Shown here one piece after another: positions 21,701 through 34,014 of a DNA stretch of 43,083 nucleotides; position 1 is the stretch's first letter, and each line of letters starts with the position of its first letter. The translations under genes and the position numbers were made by a program. Location: the NCBI GenBank assembly GCA_032718475.1, contig JAUCBJ010007732.1, positions 1 to 43,083 of the forward strand. Direction: 5' to 3'. Origin of the DNA: Nemertoderma westbladi. Lineage: Eukaryota > Animalia > Xenacoelomorpha. The notes below the pieces were generated by a model. It was not told the DNA's origin. It did not search any database and was given only the letters and a program-made list of their open reading frames with translations.

Positions 21701-23339
21701 TCAGAGATCTTCAAAATGTATAATCTCCAGTTCTAGTGGTCGTACGAAGTTCGTTTTAGGCTCATTCGAAAGCTCTTTTCTTAGAGAACAAAGTTACCAT
21801 TTGATTTAAGACAAAATGGTTCTAAAGCAACATAACATGAATTTTGGTAAAATATGCCTTGCAAATTTTGTTCAAGTTATGATTGCTCAGGCAGCTTTCA
21901 AGAGTTTGCCAAACCAAATGGTAACTTTGGTCTCTGAGAAAAGAGCTTTCGAATGAGCCCTAAACGAACTCCGTACGACCACTAGAACTGGAGATTATAC
22001 ATTTTGAAGATCTCCGATGACCGATAAGTCTATTCCGTGTAATCCCGCAAAGACCGCAGAGTCGCTTATTCGAGTCCCGTCTTCATTCCGTAGACATGAA
22101 GTTGTCTTATAAACTGATCAGTAGGTCCAATAATCATAAAAAAATACCTTCTCAATTAAAATTTTGTGCTCTTTCTCGTGGAGACATCCAATTAGCACCA
22201 CTGAGCACAGAAATTTGCAGAAATTGAATGCAAACCCCAAACTTTATCGCCTTACCGATATCGCGATATATCGGAGCCAGTCTCTTCTATCCCAGATATC
22301 TCGAAAAGTAAGCAAGATATAGGAAAACGGTTTCCATATTTGGATTCAGCATGAAATTCTGCATCAGATAGGATATGTTTCAAAAATTCGACTTTTTGGT
22401 CAGAAAATGCGCTACCCCCCCCCCCCCCCCCCCCCCCTTAAAGCGAAATATTCCTCTGAGTATCTAATTCCATCTTGTGAATTTTCCAGTAAATCAGTTT
22501 CCGAAAGAAAGGCTTGTTTGAATAGGTTTTATAGCGCACCAATTAGCGATCATGATGACATCGAATCTGGGATTGATATTTCCTTATCTGGTGCTTATGA
22601 GATTGGTCCCGTTCCAGCTGATTTTCCACAAACTCCTGAATTTATCAATATGTGGCGATTATCCCGGTCTTTTTCAGTTTCTTGGGAAACCGATAAACAA
22701 TTTGCTACTGTTAGTTTAGGGGCCGGCGGTGTCTTTAAGCGAGTTCGTCGTTTCGAAAATGGTTCTTATAGATGTTTGACGTGCGCTACTTTTCGAAAAT
22801 ATCATGTGTGTTGCCATACATTGAGCTTTGCTCGCTTTAACGATGAAGTGTTTAATATGGTTAAGATCTGGTCTTCATCATGGACATTGGAGAAGTTAGC
22901 TGCCCTATCTGCTGCAAGCACAGCAGGTCGGAAAGCTCCAGGTGGACGGAAAGGTCAGCGTTGTAAAGATACAATTCCTTTAAAGACCCTCGAGATAGCG
23001 AAGGATTCTGATAAATTTCTAATTGCATCAATAAACGACAGTGGTGCGTTCAAATGTTACGGGTGTAGCGGGTTGATCCGTCTTTCAAGTGGTCAAGTTG
23101 TTTCCTCCCCTGATGATATTTGCATCAAGTCATGGTGTAGAAGATCATTTACAGACCCTGAATCTAAGTTGGTAAAAGTTACGGTTTACAAGGAACCTGT
23201 TTGGTTTCATCTACAAATGAGTTGTCTTAAACTAAAGTTTCCAAAACTGTGTCTGGATGACGTGCATATTGCCAATAAAGTGTATCGCAACTTAGACAAC
23301 AAGCAAATAGATAAAATCCGTTCTTTCGGATTGGTTTGA
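18781..23339 (+). pseudogene. MULE/MuDR-type DDE transposase with N-terminal SAM-like domain, SWIM finger and C-terminal Cys/His finger; two in-frame stops and one insertion
   Basis: IDTTFNCGDFWVT, GPFFIH, GSDREKA, LCYLH, NQCEDSLN; SWIM-like CLTCATF..VCCH; CYGC...FHLQMSC. Premature TAA at 20266 and 21202 with the frame continuing (...AIIGRGDYAI|KAKYS across the 21303-22437 insert). Confidence 0.8.
21303..22441. mobile_element. Palindromic non-autonomous DNA transposon inserted at TTAA (Kolobok-like), left terminus damaged
   Basis: ~500-bp inverted arms (21303-21803 vs 21915-22415), ~110-bp spacer, right end poly-C plus TTAA (22438-22441); the empty site reconstructs as ATT AAA in the transposase frame. 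Confidence 0.85.
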
Positions 23340-23795
23340 TCAGTTTGGTTGGTTTGGTTTTCAGATTGGTTCAAACTGAACTACCTCGTTTGTTGTCTGA
23401 CAAGGTCTATTTTAATATAATAAATATGCCTACTATAGCAATAATTTGTTGAATATTATTGTATTTAAAATTTTCAGTTTTTAATGTCTCCCTTTTAAAG
23501 TTTGAAAATGGTTATTTGAATAACATGTTTGTTATTTAATATATTAGGTATTTAGTTGGATTGACTGTTTAGTATACGAAATATTGATGTTGATGATAAG
23601 ACGGATATAACCTACTGTGTAATTGAATTACCTGAAGAAGGGGCCTATTGGGCCCCTCGCTTATAAGCACGTAATAATTACATTTTTTATTTCTGCGTCG
23701 GTCGACCGTCTTATACTTAACAAATAAATTGATTTGTTGATCTAATTCCCAGTATTATAATTTCCACTATAATAATTTTTAATATTAATATCACT

Positions 23796-24086
23796 GTGTA
23801 TGCTCCTGGTGTATGCTCCTGGTGTATGCTCCTGGTGTATGCTCCTGGTGTATGCTCCTGGTGTATGCTCCTGGTGTATGCTCCTGGTGTATGCTCCTGG
23901 TGTATGCTCGCTCCTGGTGTATGCTCCTGGTGTATGTTCCTGGTGTATGCTCGCTCCTGGTGTATGCTCCTGGTGTATGCTCCTGGTGTATGCTCCTGGT
24001 GTATGCTCCTGGTGTATGCTCCTGGTGTATGCTCCTGGTGTATGCTCCTGGTGTATGCTCCTGGTGTATGCTCCTGGTGTATGCTC
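23796..24086 (-). repeat. Inverted copy of the 13-bp minisatellite, ~22 units
   Basis: (GTGTATGCTCCTG)n is the reverse complement of the 15644-16960 unit. Confidence 0.98.
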
Positions 24087-24838
24087 AACGTATACTCCCA
24101 TGTATGGCAGGGAATTGGACGCAAATTTCATGTAGGCGAATTAATTATCTCGTCTCGATGTTAAGTTATCAATTAAGGGAAAGGAATAGGTTACATTGCC
24201 ACTTTATTCAAAACACAAGATGCAGTTATATTTTTGGGAGTAATCAGCTGTTAGTCAATTTTCCCCTGGAGAGGGATGAATTCAGATTGCGTAGAAATCC
24301 TCCTCCCAGCCCCCCCCCCCCCCCCCCCCCCATCCCCCTCTATCTGGGAATATCGTTACATCCCCAGATCAATTTGTCTTTTAACTACCATTTCTTCCAG
24401 ATTCTTGTTTGAGAAGGTTTTCGACGTGCAAAGAAACATCCTGCCAGTCCGACTTTCCTAGTATCTGGCACAAATCAGATTGAAAAGAAAACTTCGAATT
24501 CCCTTCACTTGCAGTCTGCAATAAATATTTTGAAATGATCAGTAAATCATTAGTGCGGTGAAAATCGCTGAGTGAAATGTTTACACGACTGTCAAACATT
24601 ATAATTTACAAACGTAGACCCAAATTCAAAATTTGTGCCACTCAATAAATATGAATAATATACACAAGTGTATCTGAGTTAACCAATTACCATCCGGGGC
24701 TCATCAGCTGATCATATCAAAGCATTATATATAAAAAAAATTTAAAAACGAGACTTCAATTATACCACAATTTTTAAGCAATAATTATTTACCAGCTATC
24801 CCACATGTACTGTATAAGAATAATATACTAACCCTTAC

Positions 24839-24920
24839 AAAGCCGGAGTTCTTTTCTCTTGACGAGGTACATCGATGAGCTGAAGTCACAGCTTTTGAAT
24901 CAAATTTGACGCATATTGGC
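24839..24920 (-). other. Candidate 82-nt internal exon of a minus-strand host gene
   Basis: Polypyrimidine acceptor TTTCTCCTTAG and donor GTAAG; one frame is open; product not recognised. Confidence 0.35.
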
Positions 24921-25603
24921 CTAAGGAGAAATATGAAGACCAGAAAACAGTATATCGAGAGAATATGTAAGAAAATATGATACCAGATATCATTAAGGAT
25001 TTATTGTATTGTATTTATTGTCCCCGACTAAATAAAGAGGTAGTAGTTAGGTGTATTTTTATTATCATCATCATTTAGATGGAGTAGTTTGTAGTTCAGC
25101 TGTTCAGTACCATAGTTTAATTGTTACTTCTGGCTTAGGCCTAATGCTACTTCAGTCTGTTCCGGTAGGTAGCATTATACAGCAATAATAGTGCATATCC
25201 TATGGTACCTACCCCGACCCTATATATATGCGACACCTACACACCTCTATAGAGCCTACACCTCTACGGAAAAGTTATACTCTTGATAAAATGTTGTTCA
25301 CAATTATTGTAAACTCGGCAGATTTCTTGACCTGTATGCAAGCCTAATACATCAATTCCCTGCTGTGTTGAGTACGGTAAGGCCTAGATTAGATTTAGAG
25401 ATTAATAATAACGATAATGAAATGAGTTAATGATGGTTGATGCATAATTTTATAAATATAAAAATGTTTCTAGCCCTACAATTTTATCAAGCCTATTGTC
25501 CTTTTTTCGAATGTTTGCGAATTATTTCTGGTAATCAAAGTTTTGGATATCATTTGTCACACAGACACAATGCTTTGTACGATACTCTCAATTCGAACTT
25601 AGT

Positions 25604-25666
25604 TGTGCGAATTAAACAAATTCCTAGATTGACATGTGCGAATTAAACAAATTCCTAGATTGACAT
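25604..25666. repeat. 31-bp perfect tandem duplication
   Basis: TGTGCGAATTAAACAAATTCCTAGATTGACA x2. Confidence 0.9.
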
Positions 25667-25904
25667 ATTTATGTAAATTTGTTTGTGAGACTGATATTGA
25701 ATATCCCAGTTTCTGGTCTGAAGTTTCACTAGATTCTTACAGGAACTCCTGATTGCACTAATGACTTCAGCTATTAAATTATTCAGCTACCGGTCGTCGT
25801 CCCCTGCATTTGATGAATTTCTCAAACCTCCCAAGGATAATGACCAGCACTCTTCTGTATCTGGCAATGCATATAGATGCACCGCCAGTGTTTGTCTCAC
25901 TTAA

Positions 25905-27454
25905 CCCTATTAGTACCGGGCTATAAAATGTTGTACAAATACCGGGGGAGGGGGTCATATTGACCCCCCCCCCCCCCCCCCCCCCCCCCCCTCTAAAATC
26001 TACAAATATTTACGAAAACGTCAGATTTTTTGTTTGTACGTAGGTATCACTTACCTGGAACCGACCAAAAAAAAAATTTCGAAAAAATGTACTGGGGTGG
26101 CTATATTGCAGCACAAAATTACAAGTAAGTGCACAATTTTCATAAAATTTGAAAGTTACATTTTCGACTAATTATTTTTCAATACAGGTTTTCTGGGGTG
26201 CAAAATACATTGGAAAATATTTAAAAATGATATGATTACTATAAATGGCTGTTTAGTCCTCTCTGCGTAGGAAAAAAATTAAAAAAACAAGTAACCAGCA
26301 CTTTTCAGTTAGAACACAACATTTTTAATTCACTTATACGATGCTATAAATTCACATTTTCAGGTTTTCGAGGACGCTGATTCTAATGGAATACATTTCT
26401 AATATGCCAGATCATGGCTACTTGTATTTTTCACCAAATCACCATCACCATCCCCAAAAAGTACAAGTTTGCGATGTCCAGTGCTGTTTTTATTGATTCC
26501 ATCGGATTCAGGACCCTCATAAACCCGTATAACGCAAGAAACAAGGTGATACTATCTACTGATCAATTTGCATATTTTCCAAAATTTGGTGCTGGCACAA
26601 CATTTTTCACCCACCGGCGAAAAATACAAGTTTGACAACTCTTATGAAATTTTTACTGATTCCATTGAATTCAGAACCATCACAAACCCGTATAACGCAA
26701 GAAACAAGGTGACACAATTAATTGATGTATTTGATGGTTTTCAAAATTTGGTGCTAGCACCACATTTTGCACCCACATCCGAAAAATACAAGTTTGAGAT
26801 GTCTAATTCGATAATTATATTTTCCATTGAATTCAGAACAGCCATAAACCTCTAAAACACAAGAAATAAATTGTCACAAGCAATTTTATCTATTGAATGG
26901 ATTTTCAAAATTTTGTGCTAGCACCAAAATTTGCACACAGCACCGAAAAATACAAGTTTGATACGCTTGGTGCAACTCGTATATATTTCATCGAATCCAG
27001 AACACCAAAAAACCCCAATTGCGTAAAAAACAAGTTTCAAACAATCAATTTACAAAATTGACTTATTTCAAAATTTGGTGCTGGCACCAAAATTTGGCAC
27101 CCACCGAAAAAAACAAGTTTGAAATTTCTAAATCAATTTATATGAATTCCATCCAATTTCTAACACCAAAAAACCGGTGTAAATCAAAAATAGAGATGTT
27201 ACAATTCATATTTAATGAAATGTAATTTTCAAAAAACGTCTCAAAAAAACTGCCAAAAATGGTTTAAAAATTGGTGCTATAACTCGAAAAGTACCCAATA
27301 TTTTTGAAAACGGTTTTCACTACTAGGAAGACAATAGATTTTTAGGAAAATTCCTAAAATTTCAGATTTCCAACTGCGTTTGTTTCAGAATTATAATAAA
27401 AAAACCACGGGGGGTCATATTGACCCCCCCCCCCCCCCCCCGGGTTTAATATGG
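25905..27454. mobile_element. piggyBac-like non-autonomous element with TTAA TSD
   Basis: TTAA|CCCTATTAGTACCGGG ... CCCGGGTTTAATATGG|TTAA; quasi-palindrome GGGGGTCATATTGACCCCC near both ends. Confidence 0.85.
26455..27200. repeat. ~163-bp tandem repeat (about 5 degenerate copies) inside the piggyBac-like element
   Basis: ACAAGTTTG anchors at ~26462, 26625, 26787, 26951 and 27112; recurring AAAATTTGGTGCT. Confidence 0.85.
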
Positions 27455-27741
27455 TTAATGAACAATCTCCCTTTGACAATAACGAAGAAGATGTTTAAAG
27501 AATTCGCCGTTGTCAGCTTATACACTATTACTGAATGACTTGGGGTCTGTATCTTTGTTGTACACTAAACCTTAGTAATACCTATTACAAATAAAAAGTA
27601 GTAACGATACAATTAATTAGCCCATTCAAAAAATGTATTTTCTGTAATTTATTAAATTGATATGCAGTTTCTGTGCTACTGTGCATATTTGTATTATTTG
27701 TTTATGTTGATGAATTATATTATCATTTTGCCCCGTCTCCT

Positions 27742-28958
27742 TTATATTATAATACAAGAATTTAAATTTATAAACCTTTTGTTTAATATTTGCCCGTTTA
27801 TCATTGCTATCGACTTAAGCGCCTCGTCTTCCGATGAGAATGTCACAGTCCCGAAACCTCGACTGGATCCCCAACCATCGGTGGACACCTCGCAATGGAT
27901 CACTTTACCCGCAACCTCAAATAAATCTCGCAGTTGCTTCACTGATACGTTGTAGTCAATCTGTTAGAAAATATATAAATGGCAAATTATTTTCGCTTCT
28001 TTCGGAATCGGGAGTGTGACTGCCATGGCCAATCTTCCACAGTAAGTTGTAGTTTGTTTCCGAATTTGCCTTGATTCCCAACTATTCGACAAGTGGAATA
28101 GAGAATTTTAGGAGGCTAGGCTGAGTCTGGTTCTTTCTGATAGGAACCCAAACGTTTAATCTTGAGTGATATTTAAACATTTTAGGGGGGACACCACTCT
28201 TTGGCCACCTGTTAGTCCTGTGAAAGTCATAAAATATGCAAAACTACACAGATGCAGAAATTATGGCTATTTACAAAAAAGCAGCAAACTTCGCCCGCGT
28301 CCAATCGTCGCCCGGAGCAATCTTCGCCCTCAAAATGAGAAACTATCGCTCGGTGAAAGCCTTCGCCAGCAGGCAATCTTCGCCCGCAAGCAAAATTCGC
28401 CCAATAAACAATTATTGTTTTGGTTAAAAAAAAAGCCGTCTCTGTAACCTGCTCCTTTCCCTCAATAAGAAACACCATCGTTTATTGTTTTGGTTAGAAA
28501 AACCCGTCTCTGTAATGTCTCTGCTCATTTCCCTCAATTTGTTACTAAAATGGTTACTAACACACAAATCTTATTGGGCGAAGGTTGCTCGCGGGTGAAG
28601 ATTGCCTTGCGAGTGAAGGTTTCCCCCGGGTGAAGGATGTACACGGGCGATGATTGGACACGGGCGAAGGTTGTATGCGGGCGAATATTGGACATGGGCG
28701 AAGGTTGTACATGGGCGAATATTGCCGGTTCCCTACCACCCTTTAAATTATATGAATAATGTTAAAAACACAAACAAAAAAAAGATTGCGATATTCGTAA
28801 CTTACATTTGCGACGAACACAGTATCTGAGCATTCACCGTTCTGTATAGCATCAACCAGTGTCGGGGATACAACTAACTTTGATAATGGTCCCAATTCAT
28901 CAATTATAGACTTCATTGATTTCGAATCCCGTTCTTCAGTAATTTCTTCATGGTCCAT
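27742..28958 (-). CDS. Spliced hnRNP M / myelin expression factor 2-like RRM protein (exons 28958-28806 and 27960-~27776; 3' structure uncertain)
   Basis: Phase-0 GTAAGT..TTTCTAACAG intron 28805-27961 joins DTVFVAN to IDYNVSVKQLRDLFEVAGKV...SRGFGTVTF...IAMINGQIL, matching RNP2/RNP1 of the hnRNP M-family RRM. Confidence 0.8.
28285..28733. mobile_element. Small foldback/MITE with inverted ~17-bp subrepeats (CTTCGCCC / GGGCGAAG) in the RRM intron
   Basis: Left arm 28285-28407, right arm 28571-28733 ending CCGGTTCCC; ~70-bp direct duplication in the spacer. Confidence 0.75.
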
Positions 28959-29737
28959 AGCTGAGCAATAAATTTAAATTTCTAATTTCGTATTATATTT
29001 AAAGAATTTGGCATTATCACTGAATATCAGTTATTCATTACACTATTTACACCAGCTTCTAGCCACACCAAATTGTTTTACATATCGTAATGAATTTGAA
29101 AAACTTTGAAGAAGAGATAGTTTCACCTCCTCAGTGGGTGAGTTAGAATCTTAATTTTCACTTTCATTAATTAGCTACAAGCCTTTGAAAAAGGTGTCTC
29201 CATAGATATTGCACCAGTTACACCACAATTATTCCTTATCCTTATAGCGCTTCGTTGGTACCGAATGAAAGAAGACGGTGCAAGGATTCCAAATATGTAC
29301 CAGTAATATTAACAAATCACTAACGCACTTTTTTTTATTTTTGAGTCAGAATTAATAATTTCGCTTCCAATCCTTCTTTATAAGCGATTGAAAAAAGTGC
29401 CTCAGTAGAAAAGGTACCAGGTGAATAGCAATGAACATTCGTCAATGTAATAGTAGGGCCTACAGTAAAAACGGCGTTTTCAGGTATCCAAATCTGAGCA
29501 TCAAATAATAGAGTCGCTTGTGCATGCTAGCTATATCATTTGCATCCTCTGAGCCTGTTGGTTCATCTGCTTCCTCATTCAGCTGTATCATACAGCCGAT
29601 TGATTTGAATGCAACACTTCGACTGATTTCTTGTCAGATGCTGGATTTGTGAGACAGATTTTTGCTCACTACTACTACTACATTCGGCAACCCGCATTGC
29701 AGCTGCATTATATATATACATATATATTACATGTATA

Positions 29738-31475
29738 TTAAGAATGCTGTGCCGGCTTGTCGATAAAATTGCTCCGCCACAACTCCCTATCACCCATGAC
29801 ATTTGCTAGATCATCCGCATCTTCTAGGCCAGTGTCATTTAAGATGCGTCTCAAGAAAGTCCTGGGCTGTCCACCATGCTTATTCGCTCCATGGCGCCGC
29901 CAAAGCTCAATGTTATGCTCTGGCTGGAGGTCACGGAGAAAGCAATGTCCTGCAAAGCGGAGGCAGTTCCGGTCTAGAGTCAAGCTAGGGGAGACTAATG
30001 GAACACCTCCAATCTTGTAAATATTCTGATTGGAGATGTGTTCATTGTACTTGACACAATGAACGCGGCGCAGCATTCTTGTGAAAGTGACATCCGGAGA
30101 TTTGGTATCCTCTGCAGTTAGAGCCCAGCGTGGACACCCATATAAGAGTACTGGTACTACTACTGCCATAAATAATCTAACCTTAAGGTTCCGTTTTATT
30201 CTATGGGACATACAAATCCTGGACAGACTATTTAACGCTGCGCGTTAAGCATTGTACTTTAGTTCTAACACCGCTATTTAACACAATTTAACACTTATGA
30301 ATCCAAACGTTTTCACCTGACTTTCTGATCCATGATCCCAAGTACCAGAAGTCATAAACGTGCTCAAGCAAGCCATCCCTAGAACTTACGCCCTTACGAT
30401 CAGACATTTCTTGAGGGCTGCCTGGCTGTCATGATTTTGGTCTTTTTGGGAATTACAAAAAGACCAACACTAGAAACAACCTGCTCCAATGAGCAGAGGA
30501 GCCTTTGGGCGCCATCTAATGATTCTGACAGTACCCATAACCCCTAAGTCATCAGCAAAGTCTATATCAGTAAGGTACTTTGCTGGATTTCCTCTACTTC
30601 TTGTGCCAGTGGGGTACCATCACCCCACCTTTATTAAGATGGTCTAAGGAACATAATCAACCACAATTACTAATAAGAATGGTGCAAGTGTGTCACCCTG
30701 AAGGACTCCCCATAAGACTTCGAATGGATCTGTGTCATCATCAAAAGTAGACACAAATGTGGTAGAACCATTGTACAGTGATCTGATAGCTGCAATAATT
30801 TCCTCAGGCATCCCATATGCTGCAAGTATGCTCAACAAACGTGGTCGGGAAACTGAGTCGAAGGCTTTAAAGAATTCAACAAAGATAATAGCCAGTTATC
30901 TGTCTTTCTTTATTGATAACTCTTCTATTATCCTTCTAAGTGCCAGAACAGGTTCCATGGTCCCACGACCTTTAAGGAACACATTTTGGTTCCCACGTAA
31001 CAGTCTCTCAACAGGATTCCTGATGCGATTTAATATAATTCTGTTGTATAGCTTTGCAGCATTCGAGATTAACGAGATTCCACGAAAAGATCCACGGGTT
31101 GAAAGGTTGCCATTCTTTGGGGCTGCGACTAACTTATTTGTTTTCATGTCTTAGGGGAATCTCTTTGTCCTATACATATCCACAATAATGGGGTGACTGA
31201 GCTCCAAACACTCAGGCAATCCCTGTCATTGTTTAGTAGCAACTCGAAGTGGGCCTTCCAAACTTTGAGGAGTTCAGCTGGATATTCAACCTTAGGGGTT
31301 GGTTGGTTTTTCCTCGAGCAGGTTTATTGATTGTCATGCCTGGGGTGATTGCCTGCTATCATCAGCATTGTTAATGTCATCAACCTGCTTATTGATAATC
31401 TTATTCAGATTATCAGATTACTGCCTATTAAGGGACCTAGATGCAGCCTTAACTGCATCCTTTGCTGTCCTCGTG
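29738..31475 (-). mobile_element. Degenerate RTE-like LINE (RT and C-terminal region), 3' part
   Basis: FRGISLISNAAKLYNRIILNRI, F.KAFDSV, GVLQGDTLAPFLLVIVVDYV, DIDFADD, PVLLYGCPRWALT; multiple frameshifts. Confidence 0.9.
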
Positions 31476-32098
31476 AGTAGTATATGAAGATAGTCCCTCC
31501 GGCCAAGGTCACCCATATCCCATGTTTTCTACTACTGCTGGCCAATCAGAAGCTACCATTTCAACCATTACCAGTGGTCGTTATTATTTCAACCAATCAG
31601 AAGCCAGCATTTCAACCGTTACAATGGTAACTTCCCAAGTTCCCACATTTTCCGCTAGAGGACCTATTAGTCACCCAACGAACTCCCTCTCTACTCCTTC
31701 CAACCAATCGCAAGCCTTTATTTTACAGGTGCTCGGAGGTCTACACTTAGCATCTGGTAACTTATACTATTTTTCAAATCGCTATTTTTCACCAACCAGT
31801 ATTTTCATATCTTTTATCTTTTATTATGTAATTTTTCACCAGTAACTAAATTTCATTTCACCATTTTTCAGATATCAAAATATTCAACCGGGAACGAACA
31901 TGGGACCTTTATGTTTTGCTACAATTGACTGCTCACTCTTCCATCCAACCCCAAGAGAAAAAGGCGACAAATATCCGGGATATACCGTAGCCATTGAATT
32001 CTTCATTCTCAACTGGTAGCAGATGTTTATAAAGAGCTTCTAGTTCCTTAACATGATTTCTATAGCATAGAATGCAATAATTCAACTATTAATAATAA
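31476..32098 (+). repeat. Polinton left terminal inverted repeat
   Basis: Reverse complement of 40770-41403, with substitutions and indels. Confidence 0.93.
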
Positions 32099-32428
32099 TC
32101 GATTTCTTCTATCATTGTATATATGTGACTGGTTAAATAAGTTTAAATATAAGTTAGAATGGTAGACCTAGCATTGCACGATTTTACCATACACGTTGCA
32201 TCTGTTACACATTACTAATATTCCACTCTCTGAGTCACACTGATGTAATAAATCAACCATTAACCTAGTAGGACGATTTTACCGTACCGTAATTAACTAC
32301 TATATTCTTCACTGTAAGTCACTCTGATGCAATAAATCAAACATATGTTACAATAAATCTATATAATCCGAAGTTTTACATTATAATAATCATTAGTTTT
32401 ATTTTTCAAAATAGTTTTCATTCTAATT

Positions 32429-33471
32429 ATGAATTTACTTAAAAAAAAGTTCAAGCAATACTTGGAAATTTACATGTAATAAATATACCTGTAGTATTGT
32501 TTATGGCAAGTACTTTATATTACACTCCAGCGATAGCAATGTAACAACGTGCTTCTCTTATCAGGATACACTCTACCTTCTAGAGTCCTTAGAAATATTA
32601 ATCAACCGACAAAAGGAATCATCAGTTTCAAGAGGTAATATTTATCCTAATATAGAATTTACAAGAGGAAATTTAAATATTTCCACCTGCATTATTTCTG
32701 AAAACGTATATCTTCAGAAGTGAGGAAAATGTCAAATTCTAAACAAATCGCTCATTAATTAATTGCTTCAGAGTAAGACAAAAATATTAGAATTTCTATC
32801 ACCACCACTCGAAATAATAAATCAGTATTCTGTTGTTAATTTAACCAGCCCATCTTTTGTTGGTTTTGTAAGCAAATATAAAGGCGTGCCTTATATGGGA
32901 CTATGGGAGATTTCAGCTAGATATTCTGACACTATTGGTCTTAGGTATTATAACAAACGGGTTTAACTTAACAGCATCGGAAGTAAATTCATTGTGGTAT
33001 GAATGGAATTATGAAATTAGTAACAAAGGCGTCTTTCCAGAGCTAGATACAAGCGATAAAGCTTTATCTGACCGACTTAAAGTAAAAATAAATGTACAAG
33101 AAAAAAAATTAAATATTACAGACAAGGAAAGCAAATATTTGCAGTTACAATACGATAAAGACATACAATATATAAAGTTTCTCAACGATATGATGGAAAA
33201 GGTTTCATCAACTGATATAGCAGATGGTTTTGCGATTCTACATCAACCAATTTGGAAGGTTAATATTCCATTTCCAGAAGCAGTTTCATCCACATTTAAT
33301 CCAAAGACATACATCGAAGAGACACCGAGTGATAGAAAGTACAGATCTACGTCTCGATCATCTTCCAAACCCAACAATGAATCTATACCTACAAAGAAAA
33401 GAAAAGTTACAAAATCAAGTGAAGAGATAGCAGATTACAACAAGGAACATGTAAAAGCTGTATCAGATTGA
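32429..33471 (+). pseudogene. Polinton accessory gene, possibly a PC4-like ssDNA-binding protein (frameshifted)
   Basis: FVGFVSKYKGVPYMGLWE...NGFNLTASEVNSL resembles the PC4 pattern; broken across ORFs 32763-32966 and 32935-33471. Confidence 0.4.
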
Positions 33472-34014
33472 TTTAATATTAACTAGAGACTTTTTTTTCA
33501 GTTTCACACTGACTAGTAAAGGTAACTTTTTAACACAAAGCATGATTATTATAAAGTATTTGCATGTAAAGGTGACTTTATTCAGTAAATATTGGTGATA
33601 GTTTATATTTAATGTGTGCATGGGATTAGGTATAAAACATTCACATGTAAATGCATGAGTTTACACCTGATATTATAATAAAACATTAGCATGTAAAAGC
33701 TACTTTATCAATGAAATAAAAACGCATTATGTACATCTTGGTTTAGACTTGATTTTATTATAAAGAATTCAGTTATAAAAGCAACTTTATTTATGATATT
33801 AGTTTCCAATGTAACAGTTATTTATGATTGGTATAAGTAGAAACTTGAAATATATATAAAGAGCTCAACTGATTCAATCGACCTCATTCTGAAAATATTA
33901 AATCAATTAAAGTTTAGATATTATATTTCATTTGTGTTGAGTAGCTTATGAATTTTTTGATTAGATATAATAATATTCATATTAATTTTAAATTGTTTTT
34001 AGGATAATAAAGAG

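Noticed and set aside
26414-27225. Short ORFs inside the piggyBac-like element as a transposase
   Set aside because: They are translations of the 163-bp repeats and have no DDD motifs.
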